IMG/VR virus record: IMGVR_UViG_3300017786_003484
Location: 62,001 to 126,000 of that record
Reading direction: 5' to 3' (one strand)
Length of the DNA stretch: 64,000 bases
Below are positions 38,255 to 47,957 of this stretch, in pieces (the stretch's first letter is position 1; each line of letters begins with the position of its first letter). The notes under the pieces were generated by a model. The model was not told the origin of the DNA. It was given only the letters and a program-made list of their open reading frames with translations, and searched no databases. The position numbers were made by a program, and so were the translations under genes.

Positions 38255-38576
38255 GATAACATCAATTGATGGTGATTTTGCTAGTGCAATAAAAATGTTC
38301 TTGATAAGAGCATCATTAGATGGCAAAGATACCTTACCAATGGAAGAACTTGTTGGAATGTTAGCAAAACTTGGGTTTCAAGCCAATGGACAAGAAACTG
38401 GAATTAGGAATTACATTACTACATTAAAAGGCAAGAATCCTGATTTAGTTTCCGACGTTAATGATACAGATGTAATTTTAACAACAATGCCAAGCGATCC
38501 TGGTGACGCTGAAGACAATGAAGAAAAAGTTGATGACATGGCATTACAGAACGCAAAGGCAGACTTAGGAATATGA
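38241..38576 (+). CDS. Acidic hypothetical protein
   Basis: 111 aa, MNLSEI start. Confidence 0.65.
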   Translation: MNLSEITSIDGDFASAIKMFLIRASLDGKDTLPMEELVGMLAKLGFQANGQETGIRNYITTLKGKNPDLVSDVNDTDVILTTMPSDPGDAEDNEEKVDDMALQNAKADLGI

Positions 38577-38920
38577 GTAGAATATTTTATACAGCAACAG
38601 AAGCAAGATCTCAGGCACTTCAAGACCTGGTAATCTTAAACGAAGTAAGAGATCTAGAGATTGCAGTAATAACAGCAACCGGAACTGGTGCTGTTGAAAC
38701 CGAGGTGGTCACCACAACCACCATGGCCGCTCTTTCCACCGATGCAAATTTTGTTACAGCATCAGAATATTATGATACTTTACAAGGTACAAGAGATGAT
38801 AGACAAAAATCTTTACAAATAACTAAAGTTATAAAGTACTTTGAAGACTTAGGATATACTATAGATCCAGTAACTAACCAATCCACCAGTACTACCTTTA
38901 AATGGAAGATTTCCTGGTAA
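38573..38920 (+). CDS. Hypothetical protein
   Basis: 115 aa, coupled; VIKYFEDLGYTI..W terminus. Confidence 0.65.
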   Translation: MSRIFYTATEARSQALQDLVILNEVRDLEIAVITATGTGAVETEVVTTTTMAALSTDANFVTASEYYDTLQGTRDDRQKSLQITKVIKYFEDLGYTIDPVTNQSTSTTFKWKISW

Positions 38921-38928
38921 TTTTCTTC

Positions 38929-38957
38929 TTGACAATGTAGTAAAATCCTGTTATACT
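38929..38957 (+). promoter_or_regulatory. Sigma70 promoter, probably leaderless exonuclease mRNA
   Basis: TTGACA-17-TATACT, 6 nt, ATG 38964. Confidence 0.75.
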
Positions 38958-38963
38958 TAACAG

Positions 38964-39632
38964 ATGATAAAACATAATCTAATATACGACTATAAAAAAT
39001 TAAATAGAATAGACGGTAAGCAACGTTTATACGAAACACCTGCTGGTGATAAAGTACCAAGTGTTACAACTATCTTATCAAAAACAGGCGACAATAGTGG
39101 TCTTATTGCTTGGCGTAAACGTGTCGGAAATGAAGAAGCAAATAGGATTTCAAAAGAATCAACTGGCTTAGGAACACTAGTACACACTCATGTTGAAAAC
39201 TATCTACTAGGAAAAGAACGTCCGGGTGGTAAGAATCTTGTACATGAAATGGCTACAAGAATGGCAGATAAGATTATTAACGAAGGTTTGCCAAGTGTAA
39301 CAGAAGTATGGGGAATGGAAGTTCAGTTATACTTTCCAGGTTTATATGCAGGAACAACAGATCTAGTTGGAATGTACGAAGGTGTTCCTGCAATTATGGA
39401 TCATAAGACGTCTAAAGCATTAAAAAAAGAAGAGTGGATGGAAGACTATTTTATTCAGACTTGTGCATATGCTTTAGCACATAATGAATTGTACGGAACA
39501 GATATCAAAAAAGGTGTACTTTTCATGACCACAAGAAATGATAATTATAAAACTTACATTATAGAAGGTAGTAAGTTTAAACAATATACAGAAAAATGGC
39601 TCGAAAGAGTGGAAACTTTTTATAGCAGATAA
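38964..39632 (+). CDS. PD-(D/E)XK exonuclease
   Basis: PSVTTILS, AWRKRVG, GTLVH, YAGTTDLVG, IMDHKTS, QTCAYA. Confidence 0.88.
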   Translation: MIKHNLIYDYKKLNRIDGKQRLYETPAGDKVPSVTTILSKTGDNSGLIAWRKRVGNEEANRISKESTGLGTLVHTHVENYLLGKERPGGKNLVHEMATRMADKIINEGLPSVTEVWGMEVQLYFPGLYAGTTDLVGMYEGVPAIMDHKTSKALKKEEWMEDYFIQTCAYALAHNELYGTDIKKGVLFMTTRNDNYKTYIIEGSKFKQYTEKWLERVETFYSR

Positions 39633-39649
39633 ATAAGAGACTGGCGGTA

Positions 39650-40090
39650 ATGTACGATCAAACTTTTTGGGAGACAGATAAGCATAACAGAATGCTACTC
39701 TGGAGGAAATGGAGGAGAACTTTAGAAGACCTTCCCCAATCCACTCTATATAATACTATTGCTATGTGGTGGAAGATGGTTCCTATGTCAAATAATACTA
39801 TTGATATATGGGATCAGGAATCATGGCCATCACCGTGGGAATTAATAGTGTTTCCTAGTTTTTGTTACCCCAGTAGAGGACTAGGAATTTACTATACACT
39901 TGCTTTGATAGGTATACAAAGCAACTTAGTACTTGCCCAAAAGGATAGTGAAACAACTCTTCTGGTGACATTAGAAGATAAAAAACTGTTAAATTACTAT
40001 GAAGGAGAAGTTCTTGACACTTCTCAATATTCATATGAAGAATTAAAAATTTTCGCTCCGGCTGATATGTACAAGCTGGTTAAAGTATAA
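39650..40090 (+). CDS. Hypothetical protein
   Basis: 146 aa; WRKWRRTL, WPSPWELI. Confidence 0.65.
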   Translation: MYDQTFWETDKHNRMLLWRKWRRTLEDLPQSTLYNTIAMWWKMVPMSNNTIDIWDQESWPSPWELIVFPSFCYPSRGLGIYYTLALIGIQSNLVLAQKDSETTLLVTLEDKKLLNYYEGEVLDTSQYSYEELKIFAPADMYKLVKV

Positions 40091-40150
40091 CTGTATTGCA
40101 TGGTGTAATAGAAATAAGTACTCTACAAAGAAATATAAAAGGATAACAAA

Positions 40151-42460
40151 ATGAACGAAACGGTAAATGTAGTAAAAAGAAATGGATCAGTTGAACCATT
40201 AGATATCAACAAGATTCATGTAATGGTAGAAGAGGCATGTGAAGGACTAGCAGGAGTAAGTGTTTCCCAAGTAGAGATGAATGCAGATTTACAATTTACA
40301 GATAAGATTGCAACATCAGATATACAAGAAATTTTAGTAAGAAGTGCAAGTGACTTAATTAGTTTAGATCATCCAAACTATCAATATGTTGCGGCTAGAC
40401 TTTTATTATACGGTCTCCGCAAAGATGTATTTGGTAAGTTTGATTATGCTCCTCTTTATGACCTAGTAAAAGAAAATGTTAAACAAGGAGTATATGATGC
40501 TGAGTTATTAGAAATTTACTCAGAAGAAGATTGGAATCAACTTGATACATATATGAATCATACAAGAGACTTAGACTTTACATTCGCTGGAATGAGACAA
40601 GTAGCTGACAAATATCTAGTACAAGATAGAAGTTCAGGACATATATACGAAACACCACAATATATGTATATGTTAATTGCCGCAACTATTTTTGCAAGTT
40701 ATCCTGATAATAAAAGGTTATCATATATTCGCCGTTACTATGATGCTATTTCTACATTTAAAATTAATATTCCGACTCCAATTATGTCGGGTGTTCGCAC
40801 TCCAATAAGACAGTTTGCTTCTTGCGTTCTAGTTGACGTAGACGACACATTACCTTCGATCTTTAATAGTTCTTCTGCCGTTGGATATTACATTGCTCAA
40901 CGTGCTGGTATTGGACTTAATTTAGGTCGTGTTCGTAGTATTGGATCTAAGATTCGTGGTGGTGAAGTAGCACACACTGGAGTTATTCCTTTCCTAAAAG
41001 TTTTTGAATCAGTAGTGCGTTCATGTACACAAAATGGTGTTCGCGGTGGAAGTGCTACAGTACATTTTCCTATCTGGCATAAAGAGATTGAGGATATTAT
41101 TGTACTAAAGAATAATAAAGGAACGGAAGATAACAGAGTCCGTAAGCTCGACTATTCAATTCAGATCAGTAAGATCTTTTATGAAAGGCTAATTGAAAGT
41201 AAACCAATTAGTCTTTTTTCACCTCATGACTGCCCAGGATTATATGAGGCATTTGGTGATAATGATGCATTTGACGAATTATATTTAAAGTATGAAAAAG
41301 ACAAAAGTATTCCTAGGACTGAAATCCCAGCATATGAATTGTTTACAAGCATTTTAAAAGAACGTGCAGAGACAGGACGTATCTATATTATGAATATAGA
41401 TCATTGTAACCATCATAGTAGTTTTGATGCTAAAGTTAGAATGAGTAATCTATGTCAAGAAATTACTTTGCCAACAACACCTATTCAAGGTCTTGAGGAT
41501 GGTGCTGGAGAGATTGCATTATGTATCTTAAGTGCTATCAATGTTGGAACATTAAGAAACTATGATGATTTAGAAAATTTATGTGATTTAGCAGTTCGTG
41601 CTTTAGATCAGATAATTGATTACCAAAATTATCCGGTTAAAGCCGCAGAGCTATCCACTAAGGCAAGGCGTAGTTTAGGAATTGGATATATTGGACTAGC
41701 ACATTATCTAGCCAAAAGAGAATTACATTATAGTGATGACAAAGCCGCTCAAGAAGTTGGACGTTTAACAGAGGCTTTTCAGTATTATCTAATCTCGTCA
41801 AGTGTTGAATTAGCAAAAGAGAAAGGTGCTTGTTCTGCATATAATGAAACAAAATATAGTAGAGGTGTTTTACCTATTGATACATATAAAACTGACATTG
41901 ATGAGTTCTTAGGAACCAAGTTAGAGTTAGATTGGGAGGAGTTAAGAGCAAAAGTTAAAGAACATGGTATGAGACATAGTACATTATCAGCTCAGATGCC
42001 TTCAGAGAGTTCTTCTGTTGTTAGTAACGAAACAAATGGTATTGAACCACCAAGAGCATTTATGAATACTAAGAAAAGTAAGAAAGGTCCGTTAAAACAG
42101 ATCGTACCACAGTATAATAAACTTAAAAACAACTATAGTTTCTTGTGGGACGAAGGAGTCAATCAAGGCTATATTAAAATTGTTGCCGCAATGCAAAAGT
42201 TCTTTGATCAAGCAATTAGTGGCAACTGGAGTTATAACCCTAAGTTATATGAAAATAATGAAGTACCAATGAGTGTTATGTTTAATGACTTATTAACAAC
42301 TTACAAATATGGTTGGAAAACAAGTTACTATCAAAATACTTACGACTCAAAAGGAGAAGACGAAGAATTATTAGGTGAGGTTCCTGAGGAGTTTACCCAA
42401 CTTGCGGAGAACCCAAGTATTGTAATAGAAGAGGAAGAGTGTGAGGCATGCAACATTTAA
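40151..42460 (+). CDS. nrdA: Ribonucleotide reductase class Ia alpha subunit with ATP cone
   Basis: VVKRNG ATP cone, PTPIMSGVRTP..QFASCVL, TQNGVRGGSA, MSNLCQEI, CILSAIN, QMPSESSS, KTSYYQNT, CEACNI. Confidence 0.98.
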   Translation: MNETVNVVKRNGSVEPLDINKIHVMVEEACEGLAGVSVSQVEMNADLQFTDKIATSDIQEILVRSASDLISLDHPNYQYVAARLLLYGLRKDVFGKFDYAPLYDLVKENVKQGVYDAELLEIYSEEDWNQLDTYMNHTRDLDFTFAGMRQVADKYLVQDRSSGHIYETPQYMYMLIAATIFASYPDNKRLSYIRRYYDAISTFKINIPTPIMSGVRTPIRQFASCVLVDVDDTLPSIFNSSSAVGYYIAQRAGIGLNLGRVRSIGSKIRGGEVAHTGVIPFLKVFESVVRSCTQNGVRGGSATVHFPIWHKEIEDIIVLKNNKGTEDNRVRKLDYSIQISKIFYERLIESKPISLFSPHDCPGLYEAFGDNDAFDELYLKYEKDKSIPRTEIPAYELFTSILKERAETGRIYIMNIDHCNHHSSFDAKVRMSNLCQEITLPTTPIQGLEDGAGEIALCILSAINVGTLRNYDDLENLCDLAVRALDQIIDYQNYPVKAAELSTKARRSLGIGYIGLAHYLAKRELHYSDDKAAQEVGRLTEAFQYYLISSSVELAKEKGACSAYNETKYSRGVLPIDTYKTDIDEFLGTKLELDWEELRAKVKEHGMRHSTLSAQMPSESSSVVSNETNGIEPPRAFMNTKKSKKGPLKQIVPQYNKLKNNYSFLWDEGVNQGYIKIVAAMQKFFDQAISGNWSYNPKLYENNEVPMSVMFNDLLTTYKYGWKTSYYQNTYDSKGEDEELLGEVPEEFTQLAENPSIVIEEEECEACNI

Positions 42461-43557
42461 AGAAAACCGTATTTAATAAAAATAAAGTAGATTATACAAA
42501 ACAACCGATGTTTTTTGGTGAAGAATTAAACTCTCAACGTTTTGATGAGTTCCGTTATCCTGTGTTTGATAAGTTAACACAAACACAACTTGGATATTTC
42601 TGGAGACCAGAAGAAGTTAGTTTACAAAAAGATAGAAGTGATTATCTAAACTTTACTGATTCTCAGAAGTTTATTTTTACAAGTAACTTAAAGTATCAAA
42701 CGTTACTCGATAGTGTTCAAGGTAGAGGTCCGGCGATTGCATTTGTACCTTATTGTTCGTTACCCGAGCTAGAAGCATGTATGATTACTTGGGATTTCTT
42801 TGAAACTATTCATAGCCGCAGTTATACTCATATTATTAAAAACATATATCCTGATCCTAGCGAGGTTTTTGATACTATTCTTGACGATGAAAAAATTGTT
42901 GCTAGAGCAGAAAGTGTAACAAAAGCATATGATGATTATATCAATGATGCACAATATTACTCAGCCACAGGTAAAGGTGATTTACGAGAAATTAAGAAAA
43001 AATTATATCTAGCAATGGTTAATGTTAACGCATTAGAAGGTTTGCGTTTTTATGTATCTTTTGCATGTACCTTTGCATTTGGTGAATTAAAAACAATGGA
43101 AGGTTCTGCTAAGATTGTTAGTTTAATTGCTAGAGACGAAAGTCAGCATTTAGCAGTTAGTACACATATTATTAAGAATTGGATGAAAGGTGATGATCCA
43201 GAAATGGTTTCTATTGCTAAAGAATGTCAAGATGAAATTGGACTCATTTATGATAAAGTAGTAGAGGAAGAAAAGGAATGGGCAGATTATTTGTTTACAA
43301 ATGGTTCTATTGTTGGACTAAACGAAAAACTATTACATATGTTCATTGAGCATACTGCAAACAAAAGACTTAAGAGTTTAGGATTACCAATTCGTTATAA
43401 CCAGAGTCCAAACGATAATCCGTTACCTTGGACACAACATTGGCTTTCAAACAAAGGAGTACAAAATGCTCCGCAAGAAACAGAAATTGAAAGTTATGTT
43501 ATTGGTGGAATTAAACAAGACGTAGACAAAGACACATTTACAGGATTTAAATTATAA
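42448..43557 (+). CDS. nrdB: Ribonucleotide reductase class Ia beta subunit
   Basis: FWRPEEVSL, QTLLDSVQGR, FETIHSRSY, LEGLRFYVSF, IARDESQH, PQETEIESY. Confidence 0.98.
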   Translation: MQHLKKTVFNKNKVDYTKQPMFFGEELNSQRFDEFRYPVFDKLTQTQLGYFWRPEEVSLQKDRSDYLNFTDSQKFIFTSNLKYQTLLDSVQGRGPAIAFVPYCSLPELEACMITWDFFETIHSRSYTHIIKNIYPDPSEVFDTILDDEKIVARAESVTKAYDDYINDAQYYSATGKGDLREIKKKLYLAMVNVNALEGLRFYVSFACTFAFGELKTMEGSAKIVSLIARDESQHLAVSTHIIKNWMKGDDPEMVSIAKECQDEIGLIYDKVVEEEKEWADYLFTNGSIVGLNEKLLHMFIEHTANKRLKSLGLPIRYNQSPNDNPLPWTQHWLSNKGVQNAPQETEIESYVIGGIKQDVDKDTFTGFKL

Positions 43558-43883
43558 TGTTAGTATCAACTAAAACAAGAAAAAAAGGAGATGTGATCTC
43601 TATAAAACTATCAAATGGCGAAGAGCTTATTTCTAGTTTTGTCGAAGAACAGGATACACATCTCCTTATTGATAGGCCAGTAGTTTTACAATCTGGTCCC
43701 AAAGGAACTCCAGCTTTGATGCCGTTCTTTATGACAGCATCACCTGATGCTACAAGAGACATACAGTTAAGCAAAACTCATATTGTTATGATTGCTGATA
43801 CTGATGCTCCTTTAGCCAAGCAGTATACCTCAGCAATGTCAGGAATTATACAAACAGGAGCCATTCCAGGGTTGCAAGTTTAA
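43557..43883 (+). CDS. Small hypothetical protein (possible Sm/SH3-like beta fold)
   Basis: GDVISIKLSNGEELI...LLIDRPVVL. Confidence 0.65.
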   Translation: MLVSTKTRKKGDVISIKLSNGEELISSFVEEQDTHLLIDRPVVLQSGPKGTPALMPFFMTASPDATRDIQLSKTHIVMIADTDAPLAKQYTSAMSGIIQTGAIPGLQV

Positions 43884-43894
43884 TAAATACTTGT

Positions 43895-44179
43895 ATGACT
43901 GAAGTTCACAGAGATACAGATTCTAGAATATGCGGAGCACAAACCGTTGTTGCTGGTAACTCAACTGTCTTTGCAAATAATTTACTGGTAAGTGTTGATG
44001 CAGATCCTAATTCACACGGCTCCGGCAGTATTATTGCAAGTACAAAAAATGTTTATGCTCATAACAAACTAATTGTTGAGAACGGTGATGCCGCTAACCC
44101 GGATTCATTATGCCCAATACCACCTCATTGTGGCCCAGACACTAGTTCAGGGTCTCCTAATGTATTTGTAGGAAGTTAG
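43895..44179 (+). CDS. PAAR-like baseplate spike tip, T4 gp5.4-like
   Basis: VHRDTD..CG, TVFANN, NVYAHN..IVENGD, H/C metal ligands, GSPNVFVG end. Confidence 0.85.
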   Translation: MTEVHRDTDSRICGAQTVVAGNSTVFANNLLVSVDADPNSHGSGSIIASTKNVYAHNKLIVENGDAANPDSLCPIPPHCGPDTSSGSPNVFVGS

Positions 44180-44180
44180 C

Positions 44181-46043
44181 ATGGTTAATATTCCAGTAAT
44201 CCCAGGAGTCAATGTTCAAACACAAGGAATACTCAATAAGTCTATTAAAGACATAATTTGTGCGATACTCTTTGGCGGTATTGGAAACCTTTTAAAAGGA
44301 AATATCATATGTATTGAAGCAAATATAAACGAGATGCTTGAAGATGCTGGATATGCTAACTTATATGATATAAAAGACGAATTAAGATTACTACAAGATG
44401 AAGTTAAAGCATTTAACGACCATTTAGGTATAAATGATATAACGCAAAGGATTAATGATGCGTTAGCAGAAGTAAGATATCTACTAAGTCTAGGAGGATT
44501 ATGTCCTGTTCCAATTAAGATACCAAATATTAACGGAGATATATTAGATCAAGTCACTGATAATGTTTTTAATAACTTACAAGGTGTATTAAGTGCATTT
44601 GGTCCATTGCTAAAACCTAAAATTTGTATTGATGCACAAGGAAGAATAAACACAGGATCTTTTGATCCAGGTAGTATACTTGATAATATCAGGAAAGCAT
44701 CACAAAATGCGTTAAATGCTGGAAGTGTAATACCATCAAGTATTACATCAGGCTTTAATAACCAAATAAGCGGTGTTACAAGCAGTATTAAACAGGCAAG
44801 GGCAATAGAACTATTTCCAGACTTTAGACACAAGCATAACTTATTAACAGGAGCACCTGTTGTTGCTGGACAACCAGCGATAACTATTGCCGCTAGACCA
44901 TCAGATGCTGATATTGCCGCAGTAGCTGGACTTTCGACTACAAGTGGCCCAGCATTTGAGGCCGCAGGAGCCTCTTATCCTCCTCAAGGAAATCCTAATT
45001 TAACAGATGCAACTAAGCAAGCACAACAGTTGGTTGCCAATGTTGCAAATAGTGCAAACTATCCTATTAATGCTGATAAAAATCTATGGGCAAGAGCATT
45101 GGGACCTGAAGTATATGCATTAGCATTAGATGCTTTAAACGGAGATGACCCATTTGTAGGTCAATCTCAAGATGTCTATGATTATTGTGGAAGAGTAGTT
45201 TCGCAAGAAACACAAACTATTACCGGAGATCCATTAGGTGCAGGATTGTCAGATACTACAGATGCAAATCTAACACCAACACCAATAAACTATAGTTTAC
45301 TATGGATTGATGCACCAGCACAAAGTAGGGTTGGTTGGGCAGTTAGTGGAATTACAGAAGAAGCATTAGTACCAGATGACTATGGTTGCGAAGTACTAAC
45401 ACCAGCACTAGCATTAAACCCTGAAATTGAGTTATTTCAAGGCAAATCTCATATACTAAGTCTGCCACCAAGTAACCCAAATGTTAATTCTTTGGAAATA
45501 AGCAATTTTGGCTATAAAGATAACGGTTTAAGTGCCGTACGGACCCAAATTTCCTACGAAATGCCAGTTGGACAGGAATTTTACATATACGAAGCCAAAT
45601 TAGACGGTTCAGGTAATAGAGTACCCGATATAACGAAGAGATGGACAAATGGACTGGTTCGTTTTGAATTTTCTGAATACTTAGATGAAGCAAATGGCAG
45701 AAACGAAGATCAAATTACTTGGGCTCAATCATTTATTCCGGATTTAATTCCAGATCCAAATGATACCAATAAGCAATTTGATTCTCAAGGACGATTGTTA
45801 AAGAGTACTTTGATTCAGGCACCGCTACCTCCTGAACCTGGAGAAGTTTGGACTGATAATGGATCAGTAGTATACGATAGTCCTACAGGTGGCAATCCAA
45901 TCTTAGTAAAAACTTGGAAACGAGCAGTAGCAAATCTTGTACTTGGCGAGAATATGCTTATTGAAGTAGACAGTACCTTCCCTGATTACCTAACCTACAG
46001 TAATGAGGCTGGTACCGTATTTGGGCTACTAAAAATAACGTAG
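44181..46043 (+). CDS. Large hypothetical protein, probably baseplate-associated
   Basis: 620 aa immediately after the PAAR gene; IICAILFGG, LGGLCP motifs. Confidence 0.55.
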   Translation: MVNIPVIPGVNVQTQGILNKSIKDIICAILFGGIGNLLKGNIICIEANINEMLEDAGYANLYDIKDELRLLQDEVKAFNDHLGINDITQRINDALAEVRYLLSLGGLCPVPIKIPNINGDILDQVTDNVFNNLQGVLSAFGPLLKPKICIDAQGRINTGSFDPGSILDNIRKASQNALNAGSVIPSSITSGFNNQISGVTSSIKQARAIELFPDFRHKHNLLTGAPVVAGQPAITIAARPSDADIAAVAGLSTTSGPAFEAAGASYPPQGNPNLTDATKQAQQLVANVANSANYPINADKNLWARALGPEVYALALDALNGDDPFVGQSQDVYDYCGRVVSQETQTITGDPLGAGLSDTTDANLTPTPINYSLLWIDAPAQSRVGWAVSGITEEALVPDDYGCEVLTPALALNPEIELFQGKSHILSLPPSNPNVNSLEISNFGYKDNGLSAVRTQISYEMPVGQEFYIYEAKLDGSGNRVPDITKRWTNGLVRFEFSEYLDEANGRNEDQITWAQSFIPDLIPDPNDTNKQFDSQGRLLKSTLIQAPLPPEPGEVWTDNGSVVYDSPTGGNPILVKTWKRAVANLVLGENMLIEVDSTFPDYLTYSNEAGTVFGLLKIT

Positions 46044-46044
46044 G

Positions 46045-46224
46045 ATGGAGATATTTTTGATATGTTTGGTATTGTTCTTGCTCATTGTAGCAATTATGAG
46101 TATAGGCCTCCTAAAAGGCCGTTCTGTAAGAGGAACATGTGGTGGTGCAGGTTACGTTTGCTCCATGTGTGGAGAGGTAAGTGTACTCCCTCAGAAGAAA
46201 AAGGTTGACATTACGGACCTTTAG
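46045..46224 (+). CDS. nqrM: NqrM/DUF539-like Na+-NQR maturation peptide (59 aa; not in ORF track)
   Basis: MEIFLICLVLFLLIVAIMSIGLLKGRSVRGTCGGAGYVCSMCGEVSVLPQKKKVDITDL: one TM helix, M.IG, G[ST]CGG, CxxC. Confidence 0.75.
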   Translation: MEIFLICLVLFLLIVAIMSIGLLKGRSVRGTCGGAGYVCSMCGEVSVLPQKKKVDITDL

Positions 46225-46233
46225 TGCTATGTT
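46205..46233 (+). promoter_or_regulatory. Early promoter of the AAAGGTTGAC family
   Basis: AAAAAGG-TTGACA-17 nt (TTACGGACC...)-TATGTT. Confidence 0.6.
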
Positions 46234-46269
46234 ATACATAATAGTGTAATATATGAAAGGATTTAAGTG

Positions 46270-46650
46270 ATGCATGTTAGTAAATTGTCTATTGTTGCGG
46301 CGTTGTCGCTCATAATGATGTTAATAACATTTAACATAGCAACGGCTCACGAATATTCATACAAGCATTATCATAATTCTCATGATAGTTGGGACGTTGA
46401 CAGGTATGATGATTATAGTTACTATCACAGTGATTATTATAAACGTTATAAAAGAAATGATCGCGAAAGAGAACATTGGGATTGGTATTATGACGATAAG
46501 AGTGGCCCAGAAAGAGAGGACACATATTACATGCCAACACCTTCTCCAATAATCGTGCAACCTGTTCCTCCTATAGGTTATGAAAGAGTTATTGCATATG
46601 ATAACTTATGTCATTGCAATATATACGTTCTTGTACCTATCAGACAATAA
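46270..46650 (+). CDS. Exported His/Tyr/Asp-rich low-complexity protein
   Basis: Signal peptide ending ATA-HE; HEYSYKHYHNSHDSWDVDRYDDYSYYHSDYY; C-terminal CHC. Confidence 0.6.
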   Translation: MHVSKLSIVAALSLIMMLITFNIATAHEYSYKHYHNSHDSWDVDRYDDYSYYHSDYYKRYKRNDREREHWDWYYDDKSGPEREDTYYMPTPSPIIVQPVPPIGYERVIAYDNLCHCNIYVLVPIRQ

Positions 46651-46758
46651 TCTTAAAACCCTACCTATTAGGTAAATATTGGTAATATTGCTTTTATAAA
46701 TCTGATCGATACAGATTTTAGAATATTATTGACCTAGAAGGAAAGGAGAATTATACAA

Positions 46759-47838
46759 ATGGAGCCAATTAAATTAAAGTGGCTAATAGCTCACGAGCCA
46801 CAATACCTATTTGTCCGCACGGCAAAAGCATTCCAAGAAGAATTAGAAAAAAGATGTCCAGGAGAGTTTGATATTGAAATCCTAGACATGAAAACTTACA
46901 TTCAAAAGTACGATGAAGTACCAGAATTACATCTTAAACCAGCATCTATAAAAAACTTAGAGAAAGACTGGGAAAATAGCAATAATATGGGCGGCGGAAT
47001 TTTTAAATCTGTGGCACAATCAGAGATAGGCAAGAAATGGAAAGCATATTTTTCTGCAATTAAGGATGGACGTATTGACATTAGTCAAACACAAATTACA
47101 GTTATAGGATCTTTCTTATATAAGCCTTTTCACTCTTTAGACCTTCCATTCCTATTCAAGGATCATGACCATGTAACCAGAGCATTAGACGGATGGATTG
47201 GTAAAAAACTTCGCGGCGAGCTGGAAGATAGAACTGGAGTTAAATCTTTAGGTTTTACTTACTCAGGCGGATTTAGAATTATCGGTTCTAACCATGATAT
47301 TGAAGGAGTATCTGACTTAAAAGATACAACTGTACAGACTGTTCCGACTACTACTGCAATGTTTAATAGTCCAGAAATTGGCAGTACTGCTATTCCTAGA
47401 AGGTCAATGGATATTCAAGAAGCTAAAGATTTTGCTAAAGATAGTAACTCGGCTGTTGAAACAACTTACCTAAGATTTAAAGGAACAAATATTTTAAAGA
47501 CAAACCATTCTATGTTCTTAACTAGTATTTTAGCAGGATCAAAATTATTTGACAAGCTAACACCAGAACAACAAGAAGCTTTCAAAGAATCTGCTTATGC
47601 AGTATCAAAGATTGAAAGAAAATGGTCACTTGAAGACTGTGAAAAGTATGAAAGAGAAGCAGAAGAGAAAGGAATTCAGATAAGAGATATTACTCAAGAA
47701 GAATCTGATTTTCTTGCTTCTAATGCTCGTGTTTCGTACGAAGATTATTTTTCAACTGATCATCAAAACGGTGGTAAAGTGCCAGACGAGCTTTATCATA
47801 AACGTAAACGTATTGTTGACGATATTAAAGCAATATAA
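46759..47838 (+). CDS. dctP: Divergent TRAP substrate-binding protein (DctP fold) without signal peptide
   Basis: GRIDI, LDLPFLFKDHDH, LGFTYSGGFR, KLTPEQQEAFKESA; SD AAGGAG before the ATG and no hydrophobic leader. Confidence 0.8.
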   Translation: MEPIKLKWLIAHEPQYLFVRTAKAFQEELEKRCPGEFDIEILDMKTYIQKYDEVPELHLKPASIKNLEKDWENSNNMGGGIFKSVAQSEIGKKWKAYFSAIKDGRIDISQTQITVIGSFLYKPFHSLDLPFLFKDHDHVTRALDGWIGKKLRGELEDRTGVKSLGFTYSGGFRIIGSNHDIEGVSDLKDTTVQTVPTTTAMFNSPEIGSTAIPRRSMDIQEAKDFAKDSNSAVETTYLRFKGTNILKTNHSMFLTSILAGSKLFDKLTPEQQEAFKESAYAVSKIERKWSLEDCEKYEREAEEKGIQIRDITQEESDFLASNARVSYEDYFSTDHQNGGKVPDELYHKRKRIVDDIKAI

Positions 47839-47845
47839 GTAACAA

Positions 47846-47897
47846 AATAGACTAGATAGGTAATTCAATTTTAAAACCCTATCTAGTCTATTCTTTT
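47846..47897 (+). terminator. Long hairpin terminator
   Basis: AATAGACTAGATAGG / CCTATCTAGTCTATT 15-bp stem followed by CTTTT. Confidence 0.65.
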
Positions 47898-47957
47898 GAT
47901 AAATAAAGTTAACATGTGTATAGCACATGTTATTAATTAAAAAGGTACAAATAAAAT

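Noticed and set aside
38964-39632. Cas4/CRISPR system
   Set aside because: PD-(D/E)XK exonuclease without the Cas4 Fe-S Cys set; no repeat-spacer array or other cas genes in the window.
14195-43557. Inteins or group I introns in terminase, uvsX, helicase, nrdA and nrdB
   Set aside because: All are normal length and uninterrupted, with no C...HN splice junctions or homing endonuclease ORFs.
46095-46200. GC-rich foldable stretch first read as a 6S/SRP-like ncRNA
   Set aside because: It is the Gly/Cys-coding part of the 59-aa NqrM-like ORF (46045-46224); no SRP or 6S consensus.
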